Shown piece by piece: positions 1 to 8,665 of a DNA stretch of 64,000 nucleotides. Position 1 is the stretch's first letter. Each line of letters begins with the position of its first letter. The notes below the pieces were generated by a model. The model was given only the letters and a program-made list of their open reading frames with translations, ran no database searches and was not told the DNA's origin. The position numbers and the translations under genes were made by a program. The stretch spans positions 1-64,000 of the forward strand of contig JBDKFG010000002.1 in assembly GCA_039798785.1 (NCBI GenBank). Reading direction: 5' to 3'. Origin of the DNA: Verrucomicrobiota bacterium (GTDB taxonomy: Bacteria > Verrucomicrobiota > Lentisphaeria > Lentisphaerales > Lentisphaeraceae).

Positions 1-23
1 CTTCGACGCTGCGCAAGCAGACG

Positions 24-650
24 GTGAAAGCCATCGTGGAAGCCTTCCATGAATCCCGCTCGGCCTTCGCGACTGAAGTCACTGACGAGCTGCTGTCCCA
101 CTGCCTCAAGCATGTGGCGGGAGCCTTGCACGGCGAGACCTACAAGCAGCAAGCTTATGCACCGCAGGAAGCGCCCTTGCACTTCTGGTTTCAAGGTGAA
201 CACCTGCACGCTGTCCGAGCCGTTGCCGGCATCCGTGAAGCGATTGGTCGAGAGGTAACGCAGGCGGCGGAAGCTCTGCTTCTTGCGAGCCTGGGAGTGG
301 ATGAGCTGCGCTACGCCTATGTCCCGCATCGCTGGTTCCCGATGATGGTCGTCGACTGCATGGCGGAAGTCCTAAATGCAGCCATCCCATGTTCGGATCT
401 GCGCCAGCTCGTCATCCTGAGCCAAGAAGAGCTTGGTGCCATGCTCATCTGTCCTCCGCAGGAAGGCAAGTTCATCACCACTCGGGCGAGGCAGACGATC
501 ACACGAGAAGAACAAGAGGACTTTGTCGCCACCCTGAAGCGGCTGAAGGAAGTGGCTCGCTTATCGAGTCAACGCATCCATCAACGCAGCTTCGCCGAGC
601 TCATCGATGCCGCCTTCGATAAGAAGCGGAAGCGAGAGAGACCGGCATGA
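24..650 (+). CDS. Hypothetical protein, probably 5'-truncated by the window edge
   Basis: Long ORF with host-like codon bias; first of a co-directional cluster; no recognisable motif. Confidence 0.6.
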   Translation: MKAIVEAFHESRSAFATEVTDELLSHCLKHVAGALHGETYKQQAYAPQEAPLHFWFQGEHLHAVRAVAGIREAIGREVTQAAEALLLASLGVDELRYAYVPHRWFPMMVVDCMAEVLNAAIPCSDLRQLVILSQEELGAMLICPPQEGKFITTRARQTITREEQEDFVATLKRLKEVARLSSQRIHQRSFAELIDAAFDKKRKRERPA

Positions 651-664
651 GATCCAGAAGCACA

Positions 665-690
665 GGCCCCGGAAATCCACCGGGGTTTTT
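665..690 (+). terminator. Intrinsic terminator-like hairpin
   Basis: GCCCCGG-aaatcca-CCGGGGT followed by TTTT, just after the stop at 650. Confidence 0.6.
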
Positions 691-722
691 CATTGCCTCA
701 ACCCACAACCCAAGGAGCTCCC

Positions 723-1199
723 ATGCGAATCACAGTCAAGGATCTCTGTCCCTCCTGCCACAGTCGCTACGGCTCCCCAATGGGCCGTGGCAAGGCTGGC
801 GCTGAAGACCTGATCGAGCATCTTGATGCCTGCTCGCCTGAAGAGGCTCGGATTCGCTATTTGCGCATCCCGCTGAACGCTGGCGGCTACGATCCTGGCG
901 GAGCCTACTGGGGCCTTGGATCGCCGCTGTATTGCCTGCATGTCGCCGGACTCCCGGTGCTGTGGAAGCGCATGGCCGGCATGCCGGATCTATCGCGCAA
1001 TGCGAGGCGCAGCATTGCCGAACATCACGGCCAAGCTGCCGCCTTGGATCTTCTCGATGAAGCCTTCCCGCGAGAGCCCTGGACCTTTGCCCGTGGGATG
1101 CTGGCGAAGCAGGAAAGCAAGTTGGTTCCGCTGCACACCTACCTCGCCTGGCTTCGCCAAGGCGGGGACGAGTCATCAACCCAAAAATCGGAGAAATGA
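723..1199 (+). CDS. Hypothetical MGE/phage-type protein
   Basis: AAGGAG RBS before ATG 723; contains LNAGGYDPGGAYWG motif recalled from small phage proteins. Confidence 0.6.
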   Translation: MRITVKDLCPSCHSRYGSPMGRGKAGAEDLIEHLDACSPEEARIRYLRIPLNAGGYDPGGAYWGLGSPLYCLHVAGLPVLWKRMAGMPDLSRNARRSIAEHHGQAAALDLLDEAFPREPWTFARGMLAKQESKLVPLHTYLAWLRQGGDESSTQKSEK

Positions 1200-1654
1200 C
1201 CATGTCTCAAGAGAAGTGGCTGAATGATCACGCCTGCGCGTTGTTCGGTCGCGCCGTGCTGCAAATCCTCGAAGCAGAGGAGTGGTGGAGCAGCGACACT
1301 TGGGTGTCGATTGTCGAAGCTGCCGGCGAGCTTGGCCTCGTTAAGGAAGCTGCTGAGTTCGAGAGCTCAGGCCAGCCCTATCCCGGGCCTGATCTGTACT
1401 TGCCTGACGCCGGCACCAGCATCGTCGTTCCCAGTGAAAGCGGTGAGATTCGATTGATGCTCGAAGGCGACACCGCCTATGTCTACTTCGAGGCTCCGCG
1501 TCAGGATGAAGTCTCCCGCGCCGAAGTCGTCATCACTCGCTGCGTCACCCCTGATGATCTTGCCTTTGTCCGACTCTACGAGCAAGGCTCCGATGAGCCG
1601 GTCGAAGGAGCCGATTTTGTCTTGTCCGCCGAAGGCAAATGGAGTGCCGATTGA
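1196..1654 (+). CDS. Hypothetical acidic protein
   Basis: ATGA overlap with the previous gene; GGAG upstream. Confidence 0.6.
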   Translation: MTMSQEKWLNDHACALFGRAVLQILEAEEWWSSDTWVSIVEAAGELGLVKEAAEFESSGQPYPGPDLYLPDAGTSIVVPSESGEIRLMLEGDTAYVYFEAPRQDEVSRAEVVITRCVTPDDLAFVRLYEQGSDEPVEGADFVLSAEGKWSAD

Positions 1655-1693
1655 ATTGCCCAAAGAAGAGAATTCGTCCTCAACCCCAACCCC

Positions 1694-1721
1694 GCCCTGG
1701 AACTCGCGTTCCGGGGCTTTT
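1694..1721 (+). terminator. Intrinsic terminator-like hairpin
   Basis: GCCCTGGAAC-tcgc-GTTCCGGGGC followed by TTTT. Confidence 0.55.
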
Positions 1722-1738
1722 ACGTCAAGGAAAATCCC

Positions 1739-2248
1739 ATGCTCAAGATCAACATCAGCTTCTCGAAAAAGATCCCCGGCCCGGAGCAATACTCCAGCCT
1801 CAGCTTCCATGGCAGCATGGAGCGCGAGCTGAGCGACGGCCTCTCGGGTCAGCAGATCCAGGAAGCCTTCGCCAAGAGCTACGCCCTGCTCGAAACCACG
1901 GTGGAAAACGAGATCGTCCGCTACTGCGGTGGTGAACAAGTTCCTCCTCAGGCGGCTCCGGCTCCCGAGCCGCCTCCGCAACAACGGCCGGCACCGCGTC
2001 CGCAACAAGGTCCGCAGCCTCAACAACGGCGCGGCAACTACCAGCAGCGACCGCAGGGTCAAGGCGCTTCGATGATCACCGAATCGCAGCTCAAATTCCT
2101 CAATCGCCTCGCGGCGGAACGGGGATTCACCCAGCAGCAGATCCGAGCTGAAATCAGCCAGCGCTTCCACATCGAACGGATGGAGCAGCTGAGCAAGCAG
2201 GAAGCCTCGCACTTCATCGAAGAACTTAGCCAACGGAGGGCCTCATGA
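1739..2248 (+). CDS. Conserved MGE protein with P/Q-rich linker, coupled to the PD-(D/E)XK nuclease
   Basis: AAGGA RBS; C-terminal 'ITESQLKFL...EQLSKQEASHFIEEL' motif typical of recombination-associated small domains; ATGA overlap with the next gene. Confidence 0.7.
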   Translation: MLKINISFSKKIPGPEQYSSLSFHGSMERELSDGLSGQQIQEAFAKSYALLETTVENEIVRYCGGEQVPPQAAPAPEPPPQQRPAPRPQQGPQPQQRRGNYQQRPQGQGASMITESQLKFLNRLAAERGFTQQQIRAEISQRFHIERMEQLSKQEASHFIEELSQRRAS

Positions 2249-3093
2249 ACTCCGCCATGAACTTCGCCGAGCTGCGGGCTTTGCCCCATTGGTCCTTCAG
2301 CTCGCTCAATCAGATCCTCAACATCTGTTCGCAGCAGTACGCCTTCCGCAAGGTCGATCAAATCGAACCTGACTTCGTGCCCTCGAATCTGATCTTCGGA
2401 TCGGCCTTCCACGCCAGCGTGTCGCACCTGTATCGCAGCTTGCAGAAAAGCGGTTCGCCGGTGGCGAGTGTCGAGCTGTCGGAGCACTTCACCGAGACCC
2501 TGAAAAACAAGGTCAAAGCGGAGTCTCTGCCAGTTCGTTTCGACGAGGAGAAAGACCTCGATTGGCACCTCGACAAGGGACGCCAAATGCTGCAATCGTT
2601 GGTGGCCAGTCTTGATCCTCAGGACGATGTGATCGGAGTGGACATTCCCTTCATCGCTGAGATCCTGGATGAAGAGGGCCGCTCGGTGAGCAAGCCGCTT
2701 ATCGGCGAGTTCGATGCCGTGGTCGAGAATCAGGGCCGCTTGGTGGTGGTCGACTTCAAGACTGCCGCCGCCAAGTGGCCGGCACAGAAGTGCCACAGCG
2801 ACTTGCAGGCGACGGCCTATCTCATGGGCCTGCGTCAAAGCGTCAGTTCCCAGCAGTCGCTCTTCCGCTACGATGTTGTCACCAAGACCAAGGAACCTGC
2901 GGTGACGCGTTACCTGACCGACCGCACCGACAGCGATTTTCTCCGCTTCACCCGATTGGTGCAGATGGCGGATCGTGTCGTTCAAGAAGGTCTGTTCTAC
3001 CCGCACGAAGGCTGCATGGCCTGTGGCGGCTGTCCCTACGCCGGCCAATGCGCCAAATGGCATCAACAATCCTACCTCCAACTCTCAGCCTGA
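2245..3093 (+). CDS. PD-(D/E)XK nuclease, RecB/AddB/Cas4-like (solo, probable 4Fe-4S staple)
   Basis: SFSSL..C, FGSAFH, GEFD, VVDFKT, LQATAY and C-terminal CGGCPYAGQC motifs. Confidence 0.85.
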   Translation: MNSAMNFAELRALPHWSFSSLNQILNICSQQYAFRKVDQIEPDFVPSNLIFGSAFHASVSHLYRSLQKSGSPVASVELSEHFTETLKNKVKAESLPVRFDEEKDLDWHLDKGRQMLQSLVASLDPQDDVIGVDIPFIAEILDEEGRSVSKPLIGEFDAVVENQGRLVVVDFKTAAAKWPAQKCHSDLQATAYLMGLRQSVSSQQSLFRYDVVTKTKEPAVTRYLTDRTDSDFLRFTRLVQMADRVVQEGLFYPHEGCMACGGCPYAGQCAKWHQQSYLQLSA

Positions 3094-3105
3094 AGGAGAA
3101 TCCCC

Positions 3106-3498
3106 ATGAGCACCAAGAGCATCAAAATCGCCCCCGCCTTGACGAAGCTTCTCGAAGGCTTGCGCCAGGAGAATGGTCTTCAAGGCCAGTCCGTCATCTT
3201 CAACTTCCGTGATCCGAACTATTCCGCCGAAACGGGCGGCTATCACCCGGTGGAGATCATGGTCGAGAAAGACGGTTCGCTGGTCTATGTCACCGACTTC
3301 ACTTACGTCGGCCAGGGCGAGTTCGCCGAGCTGGCGACCGAACTCAATTGGGACTTCCGCTGCAACGAGTACGAGCAGCTTTGGTATGGCACCAACCTGC
3401 CGCTGCATGTCGGTGCCGAGATGTTCGGCATTTGGCAGAAGAACTTCCTCTCCTACTACGGAGATGATGTCTTCCAAGTCGAAGTCACTGCCGCCTGA
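3106..3498 (+). CDS. DUF2787 family protein
   Basis: NFRDPNYSAETGGYHPVEI signature; AAGGAG RBS. Confidence 0.8.
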   Translation: MSTKSIKIAPALTKLLEGLRQENGLQGQSVIFNFRDPNYSAETGGYHPVEIMVEKDGSLVYVTDFTYVGQGEFAELATELNWDFRCNEYEQLWYGTNLPLHVGAEMFGIWQKNFLSYYGDDVFQVEVTAA

Positions 3499-3549
3499 AA
3501 ACGCCCTTGCTGTCGCCCCTTTGGAGCTGCCCCAATGGCTCCATTCCGC

Positions 3550-3581
3550 CCTCCTGAAGGACTGCCTTCGGAGGTCTTTTT
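3550..3581 (+). terminator. Terminator-like hairpin
   Basis: CCTCC(T)GAAGG-actg-CCTTCGGAGG followed by TCTTTTT. Confidence 0.5.
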
Positions 3582-3606
3582 CGACCTCTATTGCCAAGTC
3601 ACACGA

Positions 3607-3655
3607 AGCCCCAACCACCAACACCGGAGCCCCAACCACCAACACCGGAGCCCCA
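3607..3655 (+). repeat. 21-bp tandem repeat (~2.3 copies) containing the RBS
   Basis: AGCCCCAACCACCAACACCGG x2 + AGCCCCA immediately before ATG 3658. Confidence 0.9.
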
Positions 3656-3657
3656 CC

Positions 3658-3888
3658 ATGAACAAAGAACGCCGTGATCGCATCGACACCATCAAGGAAT
3701 CCCTCGCGGGTCTCAAGAGCGAGCTGGAGACCCTCCAAGAGGAAGAGCAAGAAGCCTACGACGCCATGCCCGAGGGTTTGCAGAGCAGCGAACGCGGCGA
3801 GAAAGCTCAGGCCGCCGCCGATGCCCTGAGCGAAGCCGTGTCGCAACTCGACGGAGCCATTGAGCAGCTTGAAGAAGCCGTCGGCTGA
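3658..3888 (+). CDS. Small acidic coiled-coil phage/ICE protein
   Basis: GGAG RBS; MNKERRDRI...EEQEAYDAMPEGLQSSERGE motif. Confidence 0.75.
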   Translation: MNKERRDRIDTIKESLAGLKSELETLQEEEQEAYDAMPEGLQSSERGEKAQAAADALSEAVSQLDGAIEQLEEAVG

Positions 3889-3909
3889 AGTTCTGATTCC
3901 TCATGCACC

Positions 3910-3946
3910 CAGTCTCGTTCCCTCACCGGAGCGAGGCTGTTTCTTT
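3910..3946 (+). terminator. Terminator-like hairpin
   Basis: CAGTCTCGTTCC-ctcacc-GGAGCGAGGCTG followed by TTTCTTT. Confidence 0.5.
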
Positions 3947-3981
3947 GTCCCCCTTTCCCCCACGAACCCTAGGAGAACGCC

Positions 3982-4296
3982 ATGATCCTCACCATACATG
4001 CCGGCGAAGGCAGCATGACCCTGCGGATGGGCCTTGTCGCCTTCCTCAAGGGACCGCTCACCCGTCAGCTTCGCCTCCACCGTGATCCTGTCGATCCGCT
4101 GGAGCGACTGCACCGAGTTTTGCATCGCCGTGACCTGATGCGCGGTGCCCGTCTCAAGCGGGCTCTGCACGAATCCCTCGAAGAACTCTGCGAGCTATCA
4201 CCCGTCGAGATCGAACTCGATGACAATGACCTCGCGGCCTTCCTCCGCTCCGGCTTCCGCCTGAAGCCTCACTCTCAACCCCTCAACGCCGCCTGA
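3982..4296 (+). CDS. Hypothetical protein
   Basis: AGGAG RBS; in-cluster ORF. Confidence 0.6.
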   Translation: MILTIHAGEGSMTLRMGLVAFLKGPLTRQLRLHRDPVDPLERLHRVLHRRDLMRGARLKRALHESLEELCELSPVEIELDDNDLAAFLRSGFRLKPHSQPLNAA

Positions 4297-4310
4297 AGGA
4301 GCACCCCAAC

Positions 4311-4835
4311 ATGAACACCCAGATCCTCTTCCCGCCTTTGCGTCGCACCATGCGCCGGATCTCGCCCGCCAGCGATGCCGGCATGGCCTATCGCTTGGAG
4401 CTGCGCCGGTTCCCCGAGCCGCAGGCTCAATTGCCCAAGCTGATGAGTGATCCCGCCGTTGTCGCTCAGTTCCTTTACGGACTGGGTCTCGCCGAAGCGC
4501 CGGAAGAGCGCTTCTATCTGCTTTGCTTGGACACCCGCAACTCCCTGATCGCCTACACCGAAGTTTCCCGTGGCACGGTGGATCGCTCCACGGTGCATCC
4601 CCGTGAGGTCTTCCGCTTCGCCATTCTCGCCGGGGCTTCGCGGGTCTTCATCGCTCACAACCATCCTTCCGGTGACGTCAGCCCTTCGCCGCAGGACATC
4701 AAGGTGACGGAAGGCCTTCAAAATGCCGGGAATGTGCTGGGCATCGAGTTATTGGATCATCTCATCGTCGGTCACTCCCTGGCGTCGGGGCTACGTCACT
4801 ATGCCTCGCTGCGCGAGCGGGGTCAGCTCTTATGA
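4311..4835 (+). CDS. radC: RadC-like JAB/MPN domain protein
   Basis: VHPREVF...AHNHPSGDVSPSPQD...LLDHLIVG JAMM motif. Confidence 0.92.
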   Translation: MNTQILFPPLRRTMRRISPASDAGMAYRLELRRFPEPQAQLPKLMSDPAVVAQFLYGLGLAEAPEERFYLLCLDTRNSLIAYTEVSRGTVDRSTVHPREVFRFAILAGASRVFIAHNHPSGDVSPSPQDIKVTEGLQNAGNVLGIELLDHLIVGHSLASGLRHYASLRERGQLL

Positions 4836-5263
4836 GCGCTGGTAACCTCGAATCCTGGCGGGCCGAACTGGCCCGTCTGGAGGCCCGGGAACGGGCCGAG
4901 AGCGCACGACTCGCCATCTTCCCGATGGGAGTCGGCTGCGGCAGCGCCAAGCACCGCAAAAGCGCGGCCAAGGGCATCGAGCGCTCCATCGACCGGGCCA
5001 AACGGATGATCGAGCTGCGACGCAAGATCCGGGCGGCTGAACGGTCGCCAACTTCGGAGGCAAAGGCTAAGAACCTGAAGGACTTCCTCAAGCGGGCGAC
5101 GGAGTTCCTTCGGGAGCTTCCGCCCGAGGAAAGGAAACAAGGCCGAGCCCAGATCCGCGAGCTTCGCCGTTTGGCCAGCATTTGGCAGGACGCCACGCCG
5201 GTCTTCCGGGAGCTGTTGAGCCTGCTCAAGGCTCATGGCTTCACGGCAGGAGGTGCCACATGA
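4832..5263 (+). CDS. Hypothetical basic helical protein
   Basis: ATGA overlaps on both sides. Confidence 0.6.
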   Translation: MSAGNLESWRAELARLEARERAESARLAIFPMGVGCGSAKHRKSAAKGIERSIDRAKRMIELRRKIRAAERSPTSEAKAKNLKDFLKRATEFLRELPPEERKQGRAQIRELRRLASIWQDATPVFRELLSLLKAHGFTAGGAT

Positions 5264-5598
5264 TTGCCATTCCCAGCTACCGCCTCTGCGGGCTTTGCAA
5301 GTGCGGCGACATCACCCTCTTCGACAAGGAGAGGGAATGCACCCTGTCGATGACAGCCGAGACCTTCGAAAAGCTCACCGGCGACACCGTACCGCAGGTC
5401 GCTGCGGGATGGGTTCACTGCAACAGCTGCACCAACCACTGGTCAGTCGAGCAATGCGGATGCGGCAGCGGCCAGTGCTTCGGCGAGTGCGAAGAGGATT
5501 ACCCCGAGTGCAGCCGTCCCTACCAGGATCTTGGTCAACATCTCGATCACTTGATCTTCATCAACCACAAAAGTAAGGAGGCCCACCATGGGCGCTGA
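5260..5598 (+). CDS. Cys-rich hypothetical protein (probable metal binding)
   Basis: GGAGG RBS; CGLCKC, HCNSCTNHW, CGCGSG motifs. Confidence 0.6.
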   Translation: MIAIPSYRLCGLCKCGDITLFDKERECTLSMTAETFEKLTGDTVPQVAAGWVHCNSCTNHWSVEQCGCGSGQCFGECEEDYPECSRPYQDLGQHLDHLIFINHKSKEAHHGR

Positions 5599-5896
5599 AT
5601 TCAATACCTACGTCTACGAGGGTCCGGAATCGCGACTGGCGGCGCATCACCGCCGCGTCCAGCACGAGCTTCGCATCCAGTACGGCAACGACACCTACGC
5701 CGGCCACATCGGCATCATGCCAGACGGGATCGACAAGACAACGAAGATTTGTTCTTCACGCCAAGAGGCTGTCGAGCTGATCGAAGCGCATCACAACAAA
5801 TGGCAGCGGGCGATGGCCGTCGCCTTCCATCGTCCCGGAAGTCCCGGAACTAAGCGCAAGCTCAGCTTCTTGGTGGGAGGCTGGTGCGCCAGTTGA
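5588..5896 (+). CDS. Hypothetical phage/ICE-type protein
   Basis: AAGGAGG RBS; YGNDTYAGHIG and C-terminal GGWCAS. Confidence 0.65.
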   Translation: MGAEFNTYVYEGPESRLAAHHRRVQHELRIQYGNDTYAGHIGIMPDGIDKTTKICSSRQEAVELIEAHHNKWQRAMAVAFHRPGSPGTKRKLSFLVGGWCAS

Positions 5897-5902
5897 GGTG
5901 AA

Positions 5903-5932
5903 GCAACGCTCCGGATGGGGCGTTGTTTTTTT
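5903..5932 (+). terminator. Intrinsic terminator ending the small-gene cluster
   Basis: GCAACGCTCC-ggat-GGGGCGTTGT followed by a T-run. Confidence 0.75.
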
Positions 5933-6001
5933 GCATATGTACTTGGACAGCCGCACAAACGGCGGCATCGTCTGAGCACGAAAAATGGAGAGAAGTTGCT
6001 G

Positions 6002-8176
6002 ATGATGCCGAATGCCAAAACCGGATGGATGCTGTCTTCGCTGGCATCGCTGTGCCTGAGTGTCATGGCTCCGGCTCAAGATGCTGCACAAGGACAAGTG
6101 CCGCACAAAATCGAGGTCGGCCAAGTCTACGTCGGGGATGCCAAGGCGATTCCTTTCAAGATCGAAAACAAGAGCCGCAAGGAACTCAGCTATACGGTGA
6201 CATCGACCCACCCCGGCTGCGCCTTCCTCCCTAGCATCTTGAGCTTGAAGCCTGGAGAAATGGGTGAGGTATATGCTGTGCTCAGAGCGCCTGGCAAGTT
6301 TGAAGTGCCGGTGATTGTCACCAGTGAGCGTGGCCAGGAACGGCATCTGATCCAGGGGGAAGCCAAGCGCTTGTATGAAGTGGATGGCGTGGTTTTGAAT
6401 CAGCTTGGCCCGCAACAATGGGTTGGGGAATGTGCCTTCGCGGATAGTGCTGCGGTGAGCGTTTTCTCCAAGGTCAAGAACCTGGTCAGCTACAAAACCG
6501 AAAAGGGTTTCAGGTTGGAGTTCAAGGGACAGGATTGCCCCAAGGAAGGAGACATCCTGCTGATCAACAAAAACTCCAAGCTGCCGAAGATCAGTCTGCC
6601 GATTGTCGCCAAGCCTTTCTTCGAGGTGCGTGCCCGTCAGAAGATCGTGCCGGGTTATGTCCAGTTCCAGATTGCTCGGGGCACCGGCGAGAACATCCTG
6701 CTAGACAAGATCACGGTCGCCGGCCATGACCTCACCATCAGCAAGCCCAATGAGAAATTCTACGAGGTCACTTTGATCGTCACTGAGGAAGATGTGGCTC
6801 GGGGCTTTTTGAACATTGAGATTCTCAGTCAATACAAAGGCATGGAGAGCCATCGAGTTCAGATCGACATTCCGAATCCCAAAAAGGCCGTAGCGGTGGT
6901 CTCAGCCGTTAAGCTTCAGCCGCTGGCTTGGGATCTGACTCGGGAAGTCCAGATGAAGGAGCTGGGCAGCGATGAGGATGGCCATGGTGTCTTCACCCTG
7001 AGCAACAAAGACAAGCGAGTCATTGAATTCACGCTGCTGGTCTCCTGCAAGTGTATGGGCTTGGAGGTTCAGAAAGTGAGTTTGAAGCCAGGCGAGTCGA
7101 GGCAGCTTCCTTTCGTGGTCCACGGAATGCACTTGGCGGATGGGCCCTACCACCGGGGGCTATTTGTCCGGGATGACCAGGGTAACTTGCAGGTGATAGC
7201 GGTTAAAGGCAACGTGCGAAGCCAAGTGGTGCCGGTCCTGCAAGAACTCAATCTGGGCGAGATCGCAGAACCCGGTCTGGTCAGCTGCAAATTCAAAGTG
7301 CCGATCAGCGGCTTGTTGAGCCATGTACGCTCCGAGCTTCCAGGCTGCCGTGTCAGTGAGCATCCAGTGGGCGTCCGGGCCGGGGACGAAGGAGAACTTC
7401 AGCTCTACATCCACCCCAATCAAGTGGGCAACATCACGGGCTTTGTGGTGTTTGAGATGAATGGCAAGGCTGTGGGCAAACTCGCTCTGAGTTACCACTC
7501 CAGCAAAAGCCATGGGCTGATGAGCGTCGGCTTTCCGCCTCGGGCGAAACGACAACTTGATCCGACTCTGTATGTTTCGGCCGCTGATGCAGTCAAAGCC
7601 TCGGGTGTCACCTTGATCGACTTGCGAGACTTCGCTGCTCAACAAGAGGTCCAGATTCCAGGGGCCTTAACTATGAAGTTCAGCGCCTTGGAAGCAGCGA
7701 CACAGCTGAAGACGGGAAAGTTGATCCTCTTTGGCAGCGGCCTGCTCACCTATGAGCTGGAAGTCGGCTGCAAGAGTCTCGCCGCTAAAGGCTTCACTGA
7801 TGTCAAGATCCTGCGCGGGGGGCTGCTTGCCTGGATCGCGGCAGGAGGCAAGCTGACGGGTAATGCTGAAGCTGCTGGCAACTGCCAAGCTTTGGATCTT
7901 GTTTGGGCCAGGGATTATGATTCCACGGTGCTTGTCAACGCAACGGGTGCTTCGCTGCCCTTGACGCTCTTGGCGCGAAGTGTGAGTCCGGAAGAGGCGA
8001 CACTGGGCTCTGGGAGTGACTTCGTGGTCATTGGTAAACTGCGTCAGGACAGCAAACTTCCGGGGCCTGTTTGGCGTCTGCAAGGGGGCTTGTCGTCTCT
8101 GATCAAAGCAGCTCAGGACTTGCCGCAAGGGAAAGCCTTAGAGCCGAGGAATAGCGCGTGTGGAGGGTGCTTGTGA
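6002..8176 (+). CDS. Secreted DUF1573/Ig-like repeat protein with C-terminal rhodanese-like domain
   Basis: GGAGAG RBS; signal-like N-terminus; 'F.I.N...C...L.PGE' Ig repeats; LIDLRD..IPGA..VKILRGGLLAW rhodanese signature; ends CGGCL. Confidence 0.7.
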   Translation: MMPNAKTGWMLSSLASLCLSVMAPAQDAAQGQVPHKIEVGQVYVGDAKAIPFKIENKSRKELSYTVTSTHPGCAFLPSILSLKPGEMGEVYAVLRAPGKFEVPVIVTSERGQERHLIQGEAKRLYEVDGVVLNQLGPQQWVGECAFADSAAVSVFSKVKNLVSYKTEKGFRLEFKGQDCPKEGDILLINKNSKLPKISLPIVAKPFFEVRARQKIVPGYVQFQIARGTGENILLDKITVAGHDLTISKPNEKFYEVTLIVTEEDVARGFLNIEILSQYKGMESHRVQIDIPNPKKAVAVVSAVKLQPLAWDLTREVQMKELGSDEDGHGVFTLSNKDKRVIEFTLLVSCKCMGLEVQKVSLKPGESRQLPFVVHGMHLADGPYHRGLFVRDDQGNLQVIAVKGNVRSQVVPVLQELNLGEIAEPGLVSCKFKVPISGLLSHVRSELPGCRVSEHPVGVRAGDEGELQLYIHPNQVGNITGFVVFEMNGKAVGKLALSYHSSKSHGLMSVGFPPRAKRQLDPTLYVSAADAVKASGVTLIDLRDFAAQQEVQIPGALTMKFSALEAATQLKTGKLILFGSGLLTYELEVGCKSLAAKGFTDVKILRGGLLAWIAAGGKLTGNAEAAGNCQALDLVWARDYDSTVLVNATGASLPLTLLARSVSPEEATLGSGSDFVVIGKLRQDSKLPGPVWRLQGGLSSLIKAAQDLPQGKALEPRNSACGGCL

Positions 8177-8338
8177 TGGTTATTAGTAGTGATTGCGAGG
8201 GCGCGAAGGCGAGTCGAGTAGCGGGTGCCTGACGAAAAACCGTATTGATTTTGTTAGTAATTCATTCAATGCTAAACAGGTAGGCCAGTCTGCTCTGCCA
8301 CGATTGTGTGGGAGGTCTTGTAACATGCAGCCGATGAT

Positions 8339-8644
8339 TTACTGGTCTGAGGATGAAGTTGTATACAAAGGAGATTTTTTTAAAATGTTTATTTCTTCAT
8401 CATAATTGCCTGCGAGGTGCTTTTCTACAATGTCGACAAGGTCGGTATACAAATAAGACTTGCTTTGATTCCAATAAGCCAAAGAAATGACGCCAGCAGA
8501 ACGTGCGCGTAAAATCCTTTGATGCCATTCACAATCCAGTTGGTTTGTTTTTTCTGCATACAGCTTAATTGAATTCAAGATTTCAAAATAGTCACTCTCT
8601 CGAATTGATAACTCCGTGTAATCACCAGTGATTGAATAGGACAT
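8339..8644 (-). CDS. Putative Rhs immunity protein
   Basis: Small low-GC ORF directly downstream of the Rhs toxin; AAGGAG RBS. Confidence 0.75.
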   Translation of the reverse strand: MSYSITGDYTELSIRESDYFEILNSIKLYAEKTNQLDCEWHQRILRARSAGVISLAYWNQSKSYLYTDLVDIVEKHLAGNYDEEINILKKSPLYTTSSSDQ

Positions 8645-8665
8645 AGCATCACTCCTTGGATTTAT

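Noticed and set aside
2245..3093. Cas4-like gene suggesting a CRISPR-Cas locus
   Set aside because: No repeat-spacer array or other cas genes seen; solo Cas4/AddB-like nucleases are common on mobile elements
3535..3657. N-terminal extension of ORF 3535-3888 with RSPNHQH repeats
   Set aside because: Reads through a terminator and the 21-bp repeat; RBS supports ATG 3658
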